From contig JAGGYF010000008.1 of assembly GCA_021162685.1 (NCBI GenBank), positions 1 through 11,601 of the forward strand: a DNA stretch of 11,601 nt, read 5' to 3'. A program made the translations under genes and the position numbers. The number at the start of each line of letters is the position of its first letter. Position 1 is the first letter of the stretch. Source of the stretch: Candidatus Iainarchaeum sp. Lineage in GTDB: Archaea > B1Sed10-29 > WALL01. A model generated the notes under the pieces. The model had not been told where the DNA came from. It made no database searches and saw only the letters and a program-made list of their open reading frames with translations. This document shows positions 1-7,436 of the stretch, in pieces.

Positions 1-15
1 AAGATATACAGCTAT

Positions 16-45
16 GCATATCCAAAAGATATATAAAGGATATGC
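16..45 (+). promoter_or_regulatory. Archaeal promoter (TATATAAA at 30-37) flanked by a perfect 8-bp inverted repeat; candidate operator
   Basis: GCATATCC (16-23) and GGATATGC (38-45) are exact reverse complements bracketing AAAAGATATATAAA. The TATA box lies at -30..-23 from the ATG at 60, which fits a leaderless transcript. Confidence 0.7.
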
Positions 46-59
46 TATTATAACATATC

Positions 60-278
60 ATGAAGAAAGTGCTCGTAACCATACCTGAAAATCTACTAAA
101 AGAAATTGACGAACTTGTACGTTCTGGCCATTACTCATCGCGTTCTGAGTTCCTGAGAGAGGGAGCACGCTTTCTCCTGCGCCTCCAATCAGGTGAGATA
201 ACAGAGGGGATTGAGGAGGTAGAGGAACCAAAGCCGATTAAGCAGAACAAGGATATAAACCATTGGAGCTATGGATAA
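60..278 (+). CDS. Ribbon-helix-helix (CopG/MetJ/Arc family) transcriptional regulator
   Basis: N-terminal strand KKVLVTIP followed by helices LLKEIDELVRSG-Y-SRSEFLREG, a typical RHH pattern, then an acidic tail. Confidence 0.88.
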   Translation: MKKVLVTIPENLLKEIDELVRSGHYSSRSEFLREGARFLLRLQSGEITEGIEEVEEPKPIKQNKDINHWSYG

Positions 279-318
279 GCATATAAATGCAAAAAAGGTA
301 AAACTATAAGGTGGTTTT

Positions 319-1416
319 TTGCCGATATTCTCGTTTCATCCATTGAAAGAGAGAAGATTAAAGAAGAAACTTATGTCGCATGAAGAAATGCAGGAGCACA
401 TAAGGAAACATGGTAAGAAGGTTGTTAATGATTTTATAAAAGGATGTAAAACTGCTTTGGATGCTGCGAATGTAAAGAGGGGGGATAGGATAGTTATTAT
501 TACAGACAACAAGAGAAGGGCTATTGCAGAGACATTAGAGGAACTTGCGAAGCACAGGGGGTTAGAGGTAAAAACAATAGTGTCTGGCTCTCCCCAGAAT
601 CCTATACATAAGGACCACGCAGTTATGACTAGTACAGTATCAGCAATTCATAACACACAACCAAAGGTAACGTTCTTTTTTGTTGATAAAGCATCATGGC
701 CACACAGAAAACCCATATATGTAGCTACTGATAAATACGGGTTTACATATACTGCCCCAGGTATAAGGCATGAGGATTTTTATGCAATCCTCTCTGGAGA
801 TGTTGATAAAGTGAGAAGAAAAACAAAGAGTGTCCTTGAGTTTGTCAAAGAGGCACAGAAGAGAGGAGGGAAGGTTGAGCTGCACACAGGTGAGCATTCA
901 GTATTTCATTGTGAGATAACACCAGAGGTTATGCTAACAGCAGACTCAATGGAGCCACCAACTCAGGCGTTTCTTGGTGAGAAGGTTGCTAATCTACCAG
1001 GTGGAGAGGTTGAAACCACATTCCCAAAAAATGTATCAGGCGAGATATTTTTTGATGCTGGTTCTGTATTTGGAGAGGCAGGTGTTATTGAGAAAGGCAT
1101 AACAGTCAGATTTGAGAATGGAAAACTAAAGGAGATGATTCCTCATTCTGAAAATGACAAAAAGCTTGTCAAACGAATGAAATCATTTTTTGATAAATAT
1201 GGGTATGATGTTGTTGAGTTCGCTATTGGCACAAACGAATTTGTTCCCTTGGAGTTAGCAAATACAGAGCTGACAAGAGAGAAGGTTTTAGGTACAATAC
1301 ATGTTGGTGTGGGTAGCGAGGAGGCACATTCTGATCTTGTGGCAAAGGTTAAACACCTAAGGATTGCTGGAAAACACATAATAAAGGATGGGAGATGGGT
1401 ACTTAACCACCTCTAA
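319..1416 (+). CDS. Aminopeptidase T-like metallopeptidase (peptidase family M29)
   Basis: M29 C-terminal motifs NLPGGEV, EFAIGTN, EKVLGTIHVGVG and HSDLV. TTG start is preceded by SD-like AGGTGG (309-314); the start could be later (MSHEE). Confidence 0.8.
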   Translation: MPIFSFHPLKERRLKKKLMSHEEMQEHIRKHGKKVVNDFIKGCKTALDAANVKRGDRIVIITDNKRRAIAETLEELAKHRGLEVKTIVSGSPQNPIHKDHAVMTSTVSAIHNTQPKVTFFFVDKASWPHRKPIYVATDKYGFTYTAPGIRHEDFYAILSGDVDKVRRKTKSVLEFVKEAQKRGGKVELHTGEHSVFHCEITPEVMLTADSMEPPTQAFLGEKVANLPGGEVETTFPKNVSGEIFFDAGSVFGEAGVIEKGITVRFENGKLKEMIPHSENDKKLVKRMKSFFDKYGYDVVEFAIGTNEFVPLELANTELTREKVLGTIHVGVGSEEAHSDLVAKVKHLRIAGKHIIKDGRWVLNHL

Positions 1417-2158
1417 CATATTTCAATATCTCCTCAGGTTTAGTTTCATACCCTCTCTTCTTGAAAAACTTGCATAGATTTCTGATATCCCTTTCAAGAA
1501 ATTCATCTGCATTTGGATGACTAACCAGAACTGCTTGTCCCATATCAATAATATATGGCTGTTCATTCCAATACAATATATTAAACTCTGAGAGATCCCC
1601 ATGCACTAAATCATTTTTGAGCAATGTTTTTACATCTTCAATAATCTTCCAGAATGTCTTTTCTAGGTTTTCAATAGCAGCATCTTTTAGTAACGGGGCA
1701 GCATACTCCCCACCAATGAATTCCATAACAAGGGCGTTCCTAAAGTAGGCATATGGTTTAGGAACATTACATTTTGCTTCATATGCGATTTGTAGATTTT
1801 TAAACTCCTTCTGACACCAAGCAAGAACTATCTGCCTCCTATTATGTTTTACATTCTCAAAACGTCTGTCTCCTTCAAGGTATTTCCACATGGCTTTAAA
1901 GTCAGATGTTTCTACTCTGTATATCTTACATGCTCTTGCTTTGCCCCCTCTTGTTACTGCTCTAAATACATTGGCTTCTTTCCCTTTTGACACACAATAC
2001 TGCAGCCCATCAATATAACCACGCGCAATCAATTTCATGACAGATTCAGCAGTATAGTTGTCAAATACATCCTCCATAATCTTCCTTTGTTCCCTGTCCT
2101 TCTCTCTCTCCTCTTCTTTCCTCACAAACAACCGTTTCTCAAATTCCGATACATCCAT
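1403..2158 (-). CDS. rio1: RIO1-family atypical Ser/Thr kinase/ATPase (ribosome small-subunit maturation)
   Basis: SKGKEANVF P-loop, KIYR, catalytic HGDLSEFNIL, IIDMGQAV, HPNA..FLERD. TATA-like TTTAAAAG on the minus strand at 2188-2181. Confidence 0.95.
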   Translation of the reverse strand: MDVSEFEKRLFVRKEEEREKDREQRKIMEDVFDNYTAESVMKLIARGYIDGLQYCVSKGKEANVFRAVTRGGKARACKIYRVETSDFKAMWKYLEGDRRFENVKHNRRQIVLAWCQKEFKNLQIAYEAKCNVPKPYAYFRNALVMEFIGGEYAAPLLKDAAIENLEKTFWKIIEDVKTLLKNDLVHGDLSEFNILYWNEQPYIIDMGQAVLVSHPNADEFLERDIRNLCKFFKKRGYETKPEEILKYVRGG

Positions 2159-2259
2159 GATTATAAAGAAGAGAGCAACACTTTTAAATGTTTTATAAAA
2201 ACCATAAGAAATATATTGCAGAAAGTTTACAAATTATCCAAGCCCACCCAGGGATTGTT

Positions 2260-2448
2260 ATGGTTAAGGATGCATTTTTCTATTATATATGCAAGAACTG
2301 CGGAAAGCGCTATTTAGGCTACTGTCCAGAGCGCTGTTCAAAATGCGGTTCAACTGATTTTGGCGTTGTTTTAGGGGATTGGGCGTATAGTGGCTCATCA
2401 AGTAAGGGTGGAAAACCACCAATTATCTGGGAGATAGATGAGGGATAG
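2260..2448 (+). CDS. Small zinc-ribbon (rubredoxin-like) protein, 62 aa
   Basis: YICKNCG...CPERCSKCGS gives two CxxC knuckles. ATG 2260 is preferred over 2188 because 2188 lies in the AT-rich divergent promoter region. Confidence 0.65.
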   Translation: MVKDAFFYYICKNCGKRYLGYCPERCSKCGSTDFGVVLGDWAYSGSSSKGGKPPIIWEIDEG

Positions 2449-2851
2449 CCTTTTCTATTATTTCCTTATGGTCAAAGCCCATGTCTGGCAACTCATCAAT
2501 AGTAAACCATCCCACATCTTCTGTTTCGCCAGATGTTTTCAATCCAAGTGTTTTTGGTTCACAAAGAAATGCAATTGAGATAACCCTTCCACGAGGGTCC
2601 CTTCTGATGCTATCAAAAATTCCGAGCAGTTCTTTTACTTCAACATCAATCCCTGTTTCTTCTTTTATCTCTCTGATAACTGCTTCTTCAATACGCTCAT
2701 CCAATCTAATAAATCCACCTGGCAGACACCAAGCTCCTTTGAACGGTTCATACTTTCTCTTTATGAGCAACACTTTTCTTTCATGAATAACTACGCCATC
2801 AACAGCAAGTCCGAACATAACTCCGTCTTTTTCACATCTCATATCGTACAT
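2423..2851 (-). CDS. NUDIX hydrolase (ADP-ribose pyrophosphatase-like)
   Basis: Complete Nudix box GGFIRLDERIEEAVIREIKEETGI, plus LLIKRK.EPFKG.W.LPGG, RDPRG and FDH motifs. Confidence 0.93.
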   Translation of the reverse strand: MYDMRCEKDGVMFGLAVDGVVIHERKVLLIKRKYEPFKGAWCLPGGFIRLDERIEEAVIREIKEETGIDVEVKELLGIFDSIRRDPRGRVISIAFLCEPKTLGLKTSGETEDVGWFTIDELPDMGFDHKEIIEKAIPHLSPR

Positions 2852-2861
2852 GGACTCACAC

Positions 2862-3713
2862 TCATATCAACAGTTTAACAATATTTTTTCTGCCTTTGGG
2901 TATCCTCTTTACTATCCCATCCTCCTCTAACCTGCGAAGCACCTTGCTTAATTTCGGTCCGCTCCAATCCAATTGTTTTTCAATCTCCTTCTGCACCATC
3001 TCTCCCCCGTTCTTTTTTAGGAGCTCTACAACTGCCATCTCATTTTCCCTTAGGAATTTCATTATCGTCTTTGCCTGTTTCCTCTTCTTTATGGTTAATC
3101 CTATACCAGTGCCAACAAGGATACCCACCCCCAATACAATCATAGAGACCCCAAGCAAATCCATTTTTGGTAATGTGTACTCAACAAAAACCTTTTTTTG
3201 ATTTTTCCATAAGAGGACAATGTGTTCCATATCTGTTGTTGCCTCTGCATCTGGGAATACTTGTTTTATATTGTTTAGTTCTACTATCCTGGCATGAGGC
3301 GGCAGTTTAAGGGCGATTGTTATATCGGTATTCTCTGGGCAGTCTATACCAAATGTAAACTTTTCACCATTCTGTGTATGTTCAATGAAACCCAATGCCT
3401 TTCCATCTCCCCTTAAGTGTATAGTTGTTGAATTCTTTACAAGACAAATAAGCTCATCACCTATATTGCAGTTCGGCGCGTCTATTACATCCATACCATA
3501 GGTGTCAAACACTACAACCCCTTGTTCACTGCTCTCAAATCTTATTGTTTCATCTATAACTCCTTTATCATCAATAGATATTGTGATGTACATACTATCC
3601 GTAGCATATACACTAGCGATAAGCAGCATCCATACTAAATATCTAAGGATGCTGCGCAAATGCCTTTTTTGGTAGTGCCCCAACTGCTGCCCCAACTGTT
3701 GATTTGGACACAT
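2862..3713 (-). CDS. Membrane-tethered winged-HTH protein (signal peptide, extracellular domain, TM helix, C-terminal wHTH; COG2512-like)
   Basis: Signal-like LRYLVWMLLIASVYA, TM LLGVSMIVLGVGILVGTGIGLTI followed by KKRK, C-terminal LRENE..VVELL...GG...QKEI......WS..KLSKVLRRLEEDGIVKR...GRKNIV. True start uncertain, possibly TTG at 3659. Confidence 0.82.
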   Translation of the reverse strand: MCPNQQLGQQLGHYQKRHLRSILRYLVWMLLIASVYATDSMYITISIDDKGVIDETIRFESSEQGVVVFDTYGMDVIDAPNCNIGDELICLVKNSTTIHLRGDGKALGFIEHTQNGEKFTFGIDCPENTDITIALKLPPHARIVELNNIKQVFPDAEATTDMEHIVLLWKNQKKVFVEYTLPKMDLLGVSMIVLGVGILVGTGIGLTIKKRKQAKTIMKFLRENEMAVVELLKKNGGEMVQKEIEKQLDWSGPKLSKVLRRLEEDGIVKRIPKGRKNIVKLLI

Positions 3714-3876
3714 TCTTTTCCTCTATCCCTGTGGCTTTTTCATACCTCTTTTCAATAGATGGTTGTTGTTCTTGGCTGGGTGCAGCCACCTCATGGGATA
3801 TAAAAATCAGAGCTATGCCTGCTATAATTAATATAATTCCCACGATGGCTGCAACCCATATCTTCAATTCCATCAC
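3643..3876 (-). CDS. Small single-pass membrane protein, hypothetical
   Basis: Strongly hydrophobic IWVAAIVGIILIIAGIALIFI followed by a polar linker. It fills the gap between two co-oriented genes. Start is GTG 3876 or ATG 3873. Confidence 0.65.
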   Translation of the reverse strand: MMELKIWVAAIVGIILIIAGIALIFISHEVAAPSQEQQPSIEKRYEKATGIEEKNVSKSTVGAAVGALPKKAFAQHP

Positions 3877-3889
3877 CCAATCTTTCTTC

Positions 3890-4927
3890 TCAGAAGCTTA
3901 AAAAACTTTCTAAGATTTTTTCTAGTTCAGATGTCCATCCTATTTCCTCATCAAATGTTTTCTCTGGCTTTATACTCTTGGAGTATCTGACCCCTTCCGC
4001 CTTTGCTGCACTTTGCACTGTTGCTCCTACTATCTGAGGAAGGTTATTAACCCTTATTGTGTGTGATACTCTATCATATGTTGGGTCCTTTGTATAATCT
4101 GCCATTTCTCCTTCTATGTGATAAGCGCGGTAGTACTGCTCTGGCCTCACTGTGTAATAATTAAGTCGTCTGTATGCCCCGCCTGTGATTTCTGCAATCC
4201 TTTGGAATACATCCTCTCCATGCATATATCTCTCTATCCCAGAACATCCGATTGTATAGATTGTTATGCCCTTCTCCTTTGCAATGTATGCCTCTTTTTC
4301 CCAATTGTATCCTTCTGGGTCTCCATTTGGAAAGCTCACATCTCCATTTCCTGATAATCCATGTGGTGGTGCGTCACCTATCAAGAAAATTATTCTCTTC
4401 ACTGGTTTGCTCTCACATCTTATCTCATTATTTGGCGTTGTGATACATTCTCCGTTCCATTGCATTCTGTTTATTGCGACGTGCAGAGCATTAGATACTG
4501 CCTCTGGTCCATCACCACCGCCCCTTGCATCAATCTGCATAATCCACTCCTTTACCTCTTGTATGTCCGATGTAAATTCATGCCTTCTCACTACATACTC
4601 TCTTTCTTCTGGTGGATAATCCCTATACGTAACAACACCTATCCTGAGTATAGGCCTTGGATATCCTCTTTCAATCTTGTCAATCATCTGTACCATCTCA
4701 TATTTTATTGCCTGTATCTCGTCAGCCATGCTCCCGGTGCTATCAACAACAAATACCACATCTATCCTTGGTTGTTTTGGAGGTACAGGAGGTATGGGAT
4801 ACGGTGGTTCTGGAATAAAATTAGGAGAGATGTTGTTGAATTCTCCTAAAACCATATCCATCAACCCACCTGCAAATGCAGATGAGAGTATTGTTGTTGC
4901 CAATACCAATCCTATAAGTTTCCTCAT
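3890..4927 (-). CDS. Secreted von Willebrand factor type A (vWA) domain protein
   Basis: Signal peptide MRKLIGLVLATTILSSAFA, Pro-rich linker, MIDAS-like DVVFVVDSTGSM, YRDY, GGGDGPEA, IFLIGDAPPH. SD GAGGTGAT on the minus strand at 4938-4931. Confidence 0.92.
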   Translation of the reverse strand: MRKLIGLVLATTILSSAFAGGLMDMVLGEFNNISPNFIPEPPYPIPPVPPKQPRIDVVFVVDSTGSMADEIQAIKYEMVQMIDKIERGYPRPILRIGVVTYRDYPPEEREYVVRRHEFTSDIQEVKEWIMQIDARGGGDGPEAVSNALHVAINRMQWNGECITTPNNEIRCESKPVKRIIFLIGDAPPHGLSGNGDVSFPNGDPEGYNWEKEAYIAKEKGITIYTIGCSGIERYMHGEDVFQRIAEITGGAYRRLNYYTVRPEQYYRAYHIEGEMADYTKDPTYDRVSHTIRVNNLPQIVGATVQSAAKAEGVRYSKSIKPEKTFDEEIGWTSELEKILESFLSF

Positions 4928-5097
4928 AGCATCACCTCATCTTTTTTTGTGCAGAGGACATACTCAATTATATGTTGGAAACAGTTTCTCTGGCAACCGC
5001 AAAAACCAAGCAAAATATCCAATTCCTTAAAAAAAGGAAGGAGATGCTTTCCTTTCCTTTACATTAAGTTTTAATACTCCTTTTGAGATATCCCATC

Positions 5098-5745
5098 ATG
5101 AACGTCCCTATAAAAGAGGTAAAGTTTTCAATGGAACATTATCATGGGCATCCAGCGTTGGTCATTCTTTTTGGTGGTAGTTCAAAGAGAGAAATACAGG
5201 ACCTCTTTGCATATGTGCTTGCATCAAAAGACATCATAGAAGCAGTTGTTTTTGATGGTGATGAACCGACAGATTACCCAAGTGCACTAACTTCGCTCTG
5301 CACATTATTCAAGCAAGAAGGGCTCCTAACAAAAGTCATTACACAAGGCAGCAATTCAACCATCATAAAGGACCTAATCTCGCGCAGACTCATTGATTCC
5401 CTCTCCTTAATAATCTATGCTCCCCTTGACAGCATTAGGATATGGGACTGGGTTGTTAACAATCCAGAGGCACAGATTTTTCATATCTACCAGATATTAG
5501 AGTATGCGTCACGTTCACATATTGACATAAAGGTTCTTATTCCTATTATAGATGGAATAAACAACAGGGCAGATGTTATAAGAAGCATAGCTGAAAGCAT
5601 TTCCAAATTTGATCCCACGGTTGTACTAATGGATGGAGAAGGTGAAATAAGCAGAGAAGAGATGCGGAGATTAGCGAAATCAGCCAAGGGCATTGTTCCA
5701 GAGGTTAGGATCAGAACAGCAGAATATGGAGAGGAGGGCGTATGA
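5098..5745 (+). CDS. Degenerate NrdG/PflA-like radical SAM-fold protein lacking CxxxCxxC (predicted inactive)
   Basis: Colinear with the downstream activase: EAVVFDGDEPT vs EAVEFTGGEPT, KVITQGSN vs KVHTNGTN, IIYAP vs DIKAP, PIIDGINN vs PVIPGLND. Only one Cys. ATG 5098 has TTTTAATA at -29..-22. Confidence 0.8.
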   Translation: MNVPIKEVKFSMEHYHGHPALVILFGGSSKREIQDLFAYVLASKDIIEAVVFDGDEPTDYPSALTSLCTLFKQEGLLTKVITQGSNSTIIKDLISRRLIDSLSLIIYAPLDSIRIWDWVVNNPEAQIFHIYQILEYASRSHIDIKVLIPIIDGINNRADVIRSIAESISKFDPTVVLMDGEGEISREEMRRLAKSAKGIVPEVRIRTAEYGEEGV

Positions 5746-5784
5746 ACAGCAAAACTTTAAAATGCTCAATGAGAATTACTCTTT

Positions 5785-6531
5785 ATGTACCTTAAACTTG
5801 CCTCGTTTAATCCAAATCTGCCCAGTGCATTTCCTGGAAAGAAATGTGCAGTTGTATACTTCGGCGAATGTAATTTTAGGTGTCCCTACTGCTTTATCCC
5901 AAAACATTATCTGGAAGGGAAGGGATGCAAATCAGTAAACATAAACCAGGTTTTGGCACTTATATTCCAAACAAAACCAGAGGCAGTTGAGTTCACAGGT
6001 GGAGAACCAACAATGCAGAAGAGACCACTTATAGCAATGGCATCATTTTTGAAATCCCAGGGCATACTTGTTAAGGTTCACACAAATGGAACGAATCCAG
6101 GTGTTGTAGGAGACCTACTAACAAAGAAGATTGTAGACTATCTATGCATAGACATAAAAGCACCATTCAGCGATGAGGCATTGTGGAACAAAGTTACAGG
6201 CATCAATGCAAGGGACTATATAAACAAGGTTAATGAGAGCACAGATATCGCAAAAGATAAAGCAGACTTCTTTGAGGTTGTCTATCCAGTAATTCCAGGA
6301 TTAAATGATAAGGCGGAATACATAAGAAAGGTTTGCAATGAACTGATATTCTGCCATTCATTCGTGGTCAGGGCATTTGAGAACAAGTATGGTACTGTTG
6401 ACCCCGCATTCTCAAAAAAGAAACCTCCTTCTTTTGACACACTTAAGAAACTCGCAAGAACAGCAAGAGACACTCTACTAAATGTAGAAAGTGTGAGAAT
6501 ACAACAAGGACATAAGATAACTGAGATTTAA
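5785..6531 (+). CDS. nrdG: Radical SAM glycyl-radical activating enzyme (anaerobic ribonucleotide reductase activase-like)
   Basis: CNFRCPYC (5869-5892), FTGGEPT, HTNG, DIKAP, PVIPGLND. Own TATA-like TTTAAAA at 5756-5762. The specific substrate cannot be determined from this window. Confidence 0.82.
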   Translation: MYLKLASFNPNLPSAFPGKKCAVVYFGECNFRCPYCFIPKHYLEGKGCKSVNINQVLALIFQTKPEAVEFTGGEPTMQKRPLIAMASFLKSQGILVKVHTNGTNPGVVGDLLTKKIVDYLCIDIKAPFSDEALWNKVTGINARDYINKVNESTDIAKDKADFFEVVYPVIPGLNDKAEYIRKVCNELIFCHSFVVRAFENKYGTVDPAFSKKKPPSFDTLKKLARTARDTLLNVESVRIQQGHKITEI

Positions 6532-7403
6532 TCCAAGAAGTAATCTTCACTACTTTTTATCTTTGCTTCAATTTCAATAAGTTCCTTCTGCTTTTCATTT
6601 ATCAACTCATTCCTCGTTTTTTCATCAATTATCCTCTTGTAAAAATTGTATTCAATCCTCTTTATCATCTCTTTTATCTCCTTTCTCCTCCTCAATAATG
6701 GCTCTCTCTTCTCAAGCCATACCTTATACTCCTTATTCGCAATCTCTTTTGCCTCAGTCCTTGTTAACCCTTTGTCCATGAGTTTCGTTATAATGTCTGT
6801 TGGTAATTCTCCTCTATCATACAGCTGCATACAAAGATACTTTATACCTTTCATCTCTTCCTTCTTTTTTCCGAGCAATCTGTCCAAAAACCCTATGCGT
6901 TTGACCTCTTTTGGTTTTTCTTTCATCTCCTCCTCTGTTGGTTTATATCGCGGGTGCTCCTCTTCTTTGTCCTCAATAATCTCAGCAAATTCATCCAAGT
7001 TTATGGCATACTCCTCTTTCTTCTCCTCCTTCTTTTCAGGAGGTTTCTCTATCTCCTCAGGTTTAACAATATCCTCTCCCTTTGCAATTTCCAGCACTTC
7101 CTCCTTGTTCTCGCCTGAAAGCAATTGCGTTATATCACTAACGTCTGTCTTCTCCTCAGGTCCTATGCTCGGAGCAGCTTCTGGTTCTTTTGTCAATATC
7201 TCTTCCAATGATTTCTCTTCTGGTTCTTTACCAAATTGTACAGTTGCAGGCGTTCCCATTATCTCTTCAACACCAGTTGGCTTTTCTTCCTCTTTCCTCT
7301 CACTTTTTTCCACCCTTTTCTTGCCTATCAGTTTTAGCAAAACGATTAGCCCTATGAATGCTAAGAAGCCATAAAACAATGGGTCAGGTAGGTCAAATGG
7401 CAT
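6528..7403 (-). CDS. Hypothetical N-terminally membrane-anchored protein with Glu/Lys/Pro-rich linker and helical/coiled-coil C-terminus
   Basis: TM LFYGFLAFIGLIVLLKLI followed by GKKR, a long low-complexity acidic region, and a helical C-terminal domain. 291-aa open frame. Confidence 0.8.
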   Translation of the reverse strand: MPFDLPDPLFYGFLAFIGLIVLLKLIGKKRVEKSERKEEEKPTGVEEIMGTPATVQFGKEPEEKSLEEILTKEPEAAPSIGPEEKTDVSDITQLLSGENKEEVLEIAKGEDIVKPEEIEKPPEKKEEKKEEYAINLDEFAEIIEDKEEEHPRYKPTEEEMKEKPKEVKRIGFLDRLLGKKKEEMKGIKYLCMQLYDRGELPTDIITKLMDKGLTRTEAKEIANKEYKVWLEKREPLLRRRKEIKEMIKRIEYNFYKRIIDEKTRNELINEKQKELIEIEAKIKSSEDYFLD

Positions 7404-7436
7404 ATGTTACTATTATACTAACAAGCATAAAAAGAT

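Noticed and set aside
60-1416. RHH antitoxin plus toxin (type II TA) pair
   Set aside because: The downstream gene is an M29 peptidase, not a PIN/RelE-type toxin. A toxin upstream of the window cannot be excluded.
4118-5030. Several + strand ORFs inside the vWA gene
   Set aside because: Antisense to a well-supported CDS, with atypical composition.
5098-5745. Calling the degenerate radical SAM gene a pseudogene
   Set aside because: Full-length open frame, in-frame loss limited to the cluster loop, deep divergence from its neighbour and its own promoter-like element.
5693-5938. 81-aa + strand ORF bridging the two radical SAM genes (possible frameshift fusion)
   Set aside because: Different frame with no motifs. 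Both flanking genes are complete and the second has its own TATA-like box.
6646-7374. 242-aa + strand ORF
   Set aside because: Ser/Phe-rich antisense shadow of the Glu/Lys-rich gene on the minus strand; no motifs.
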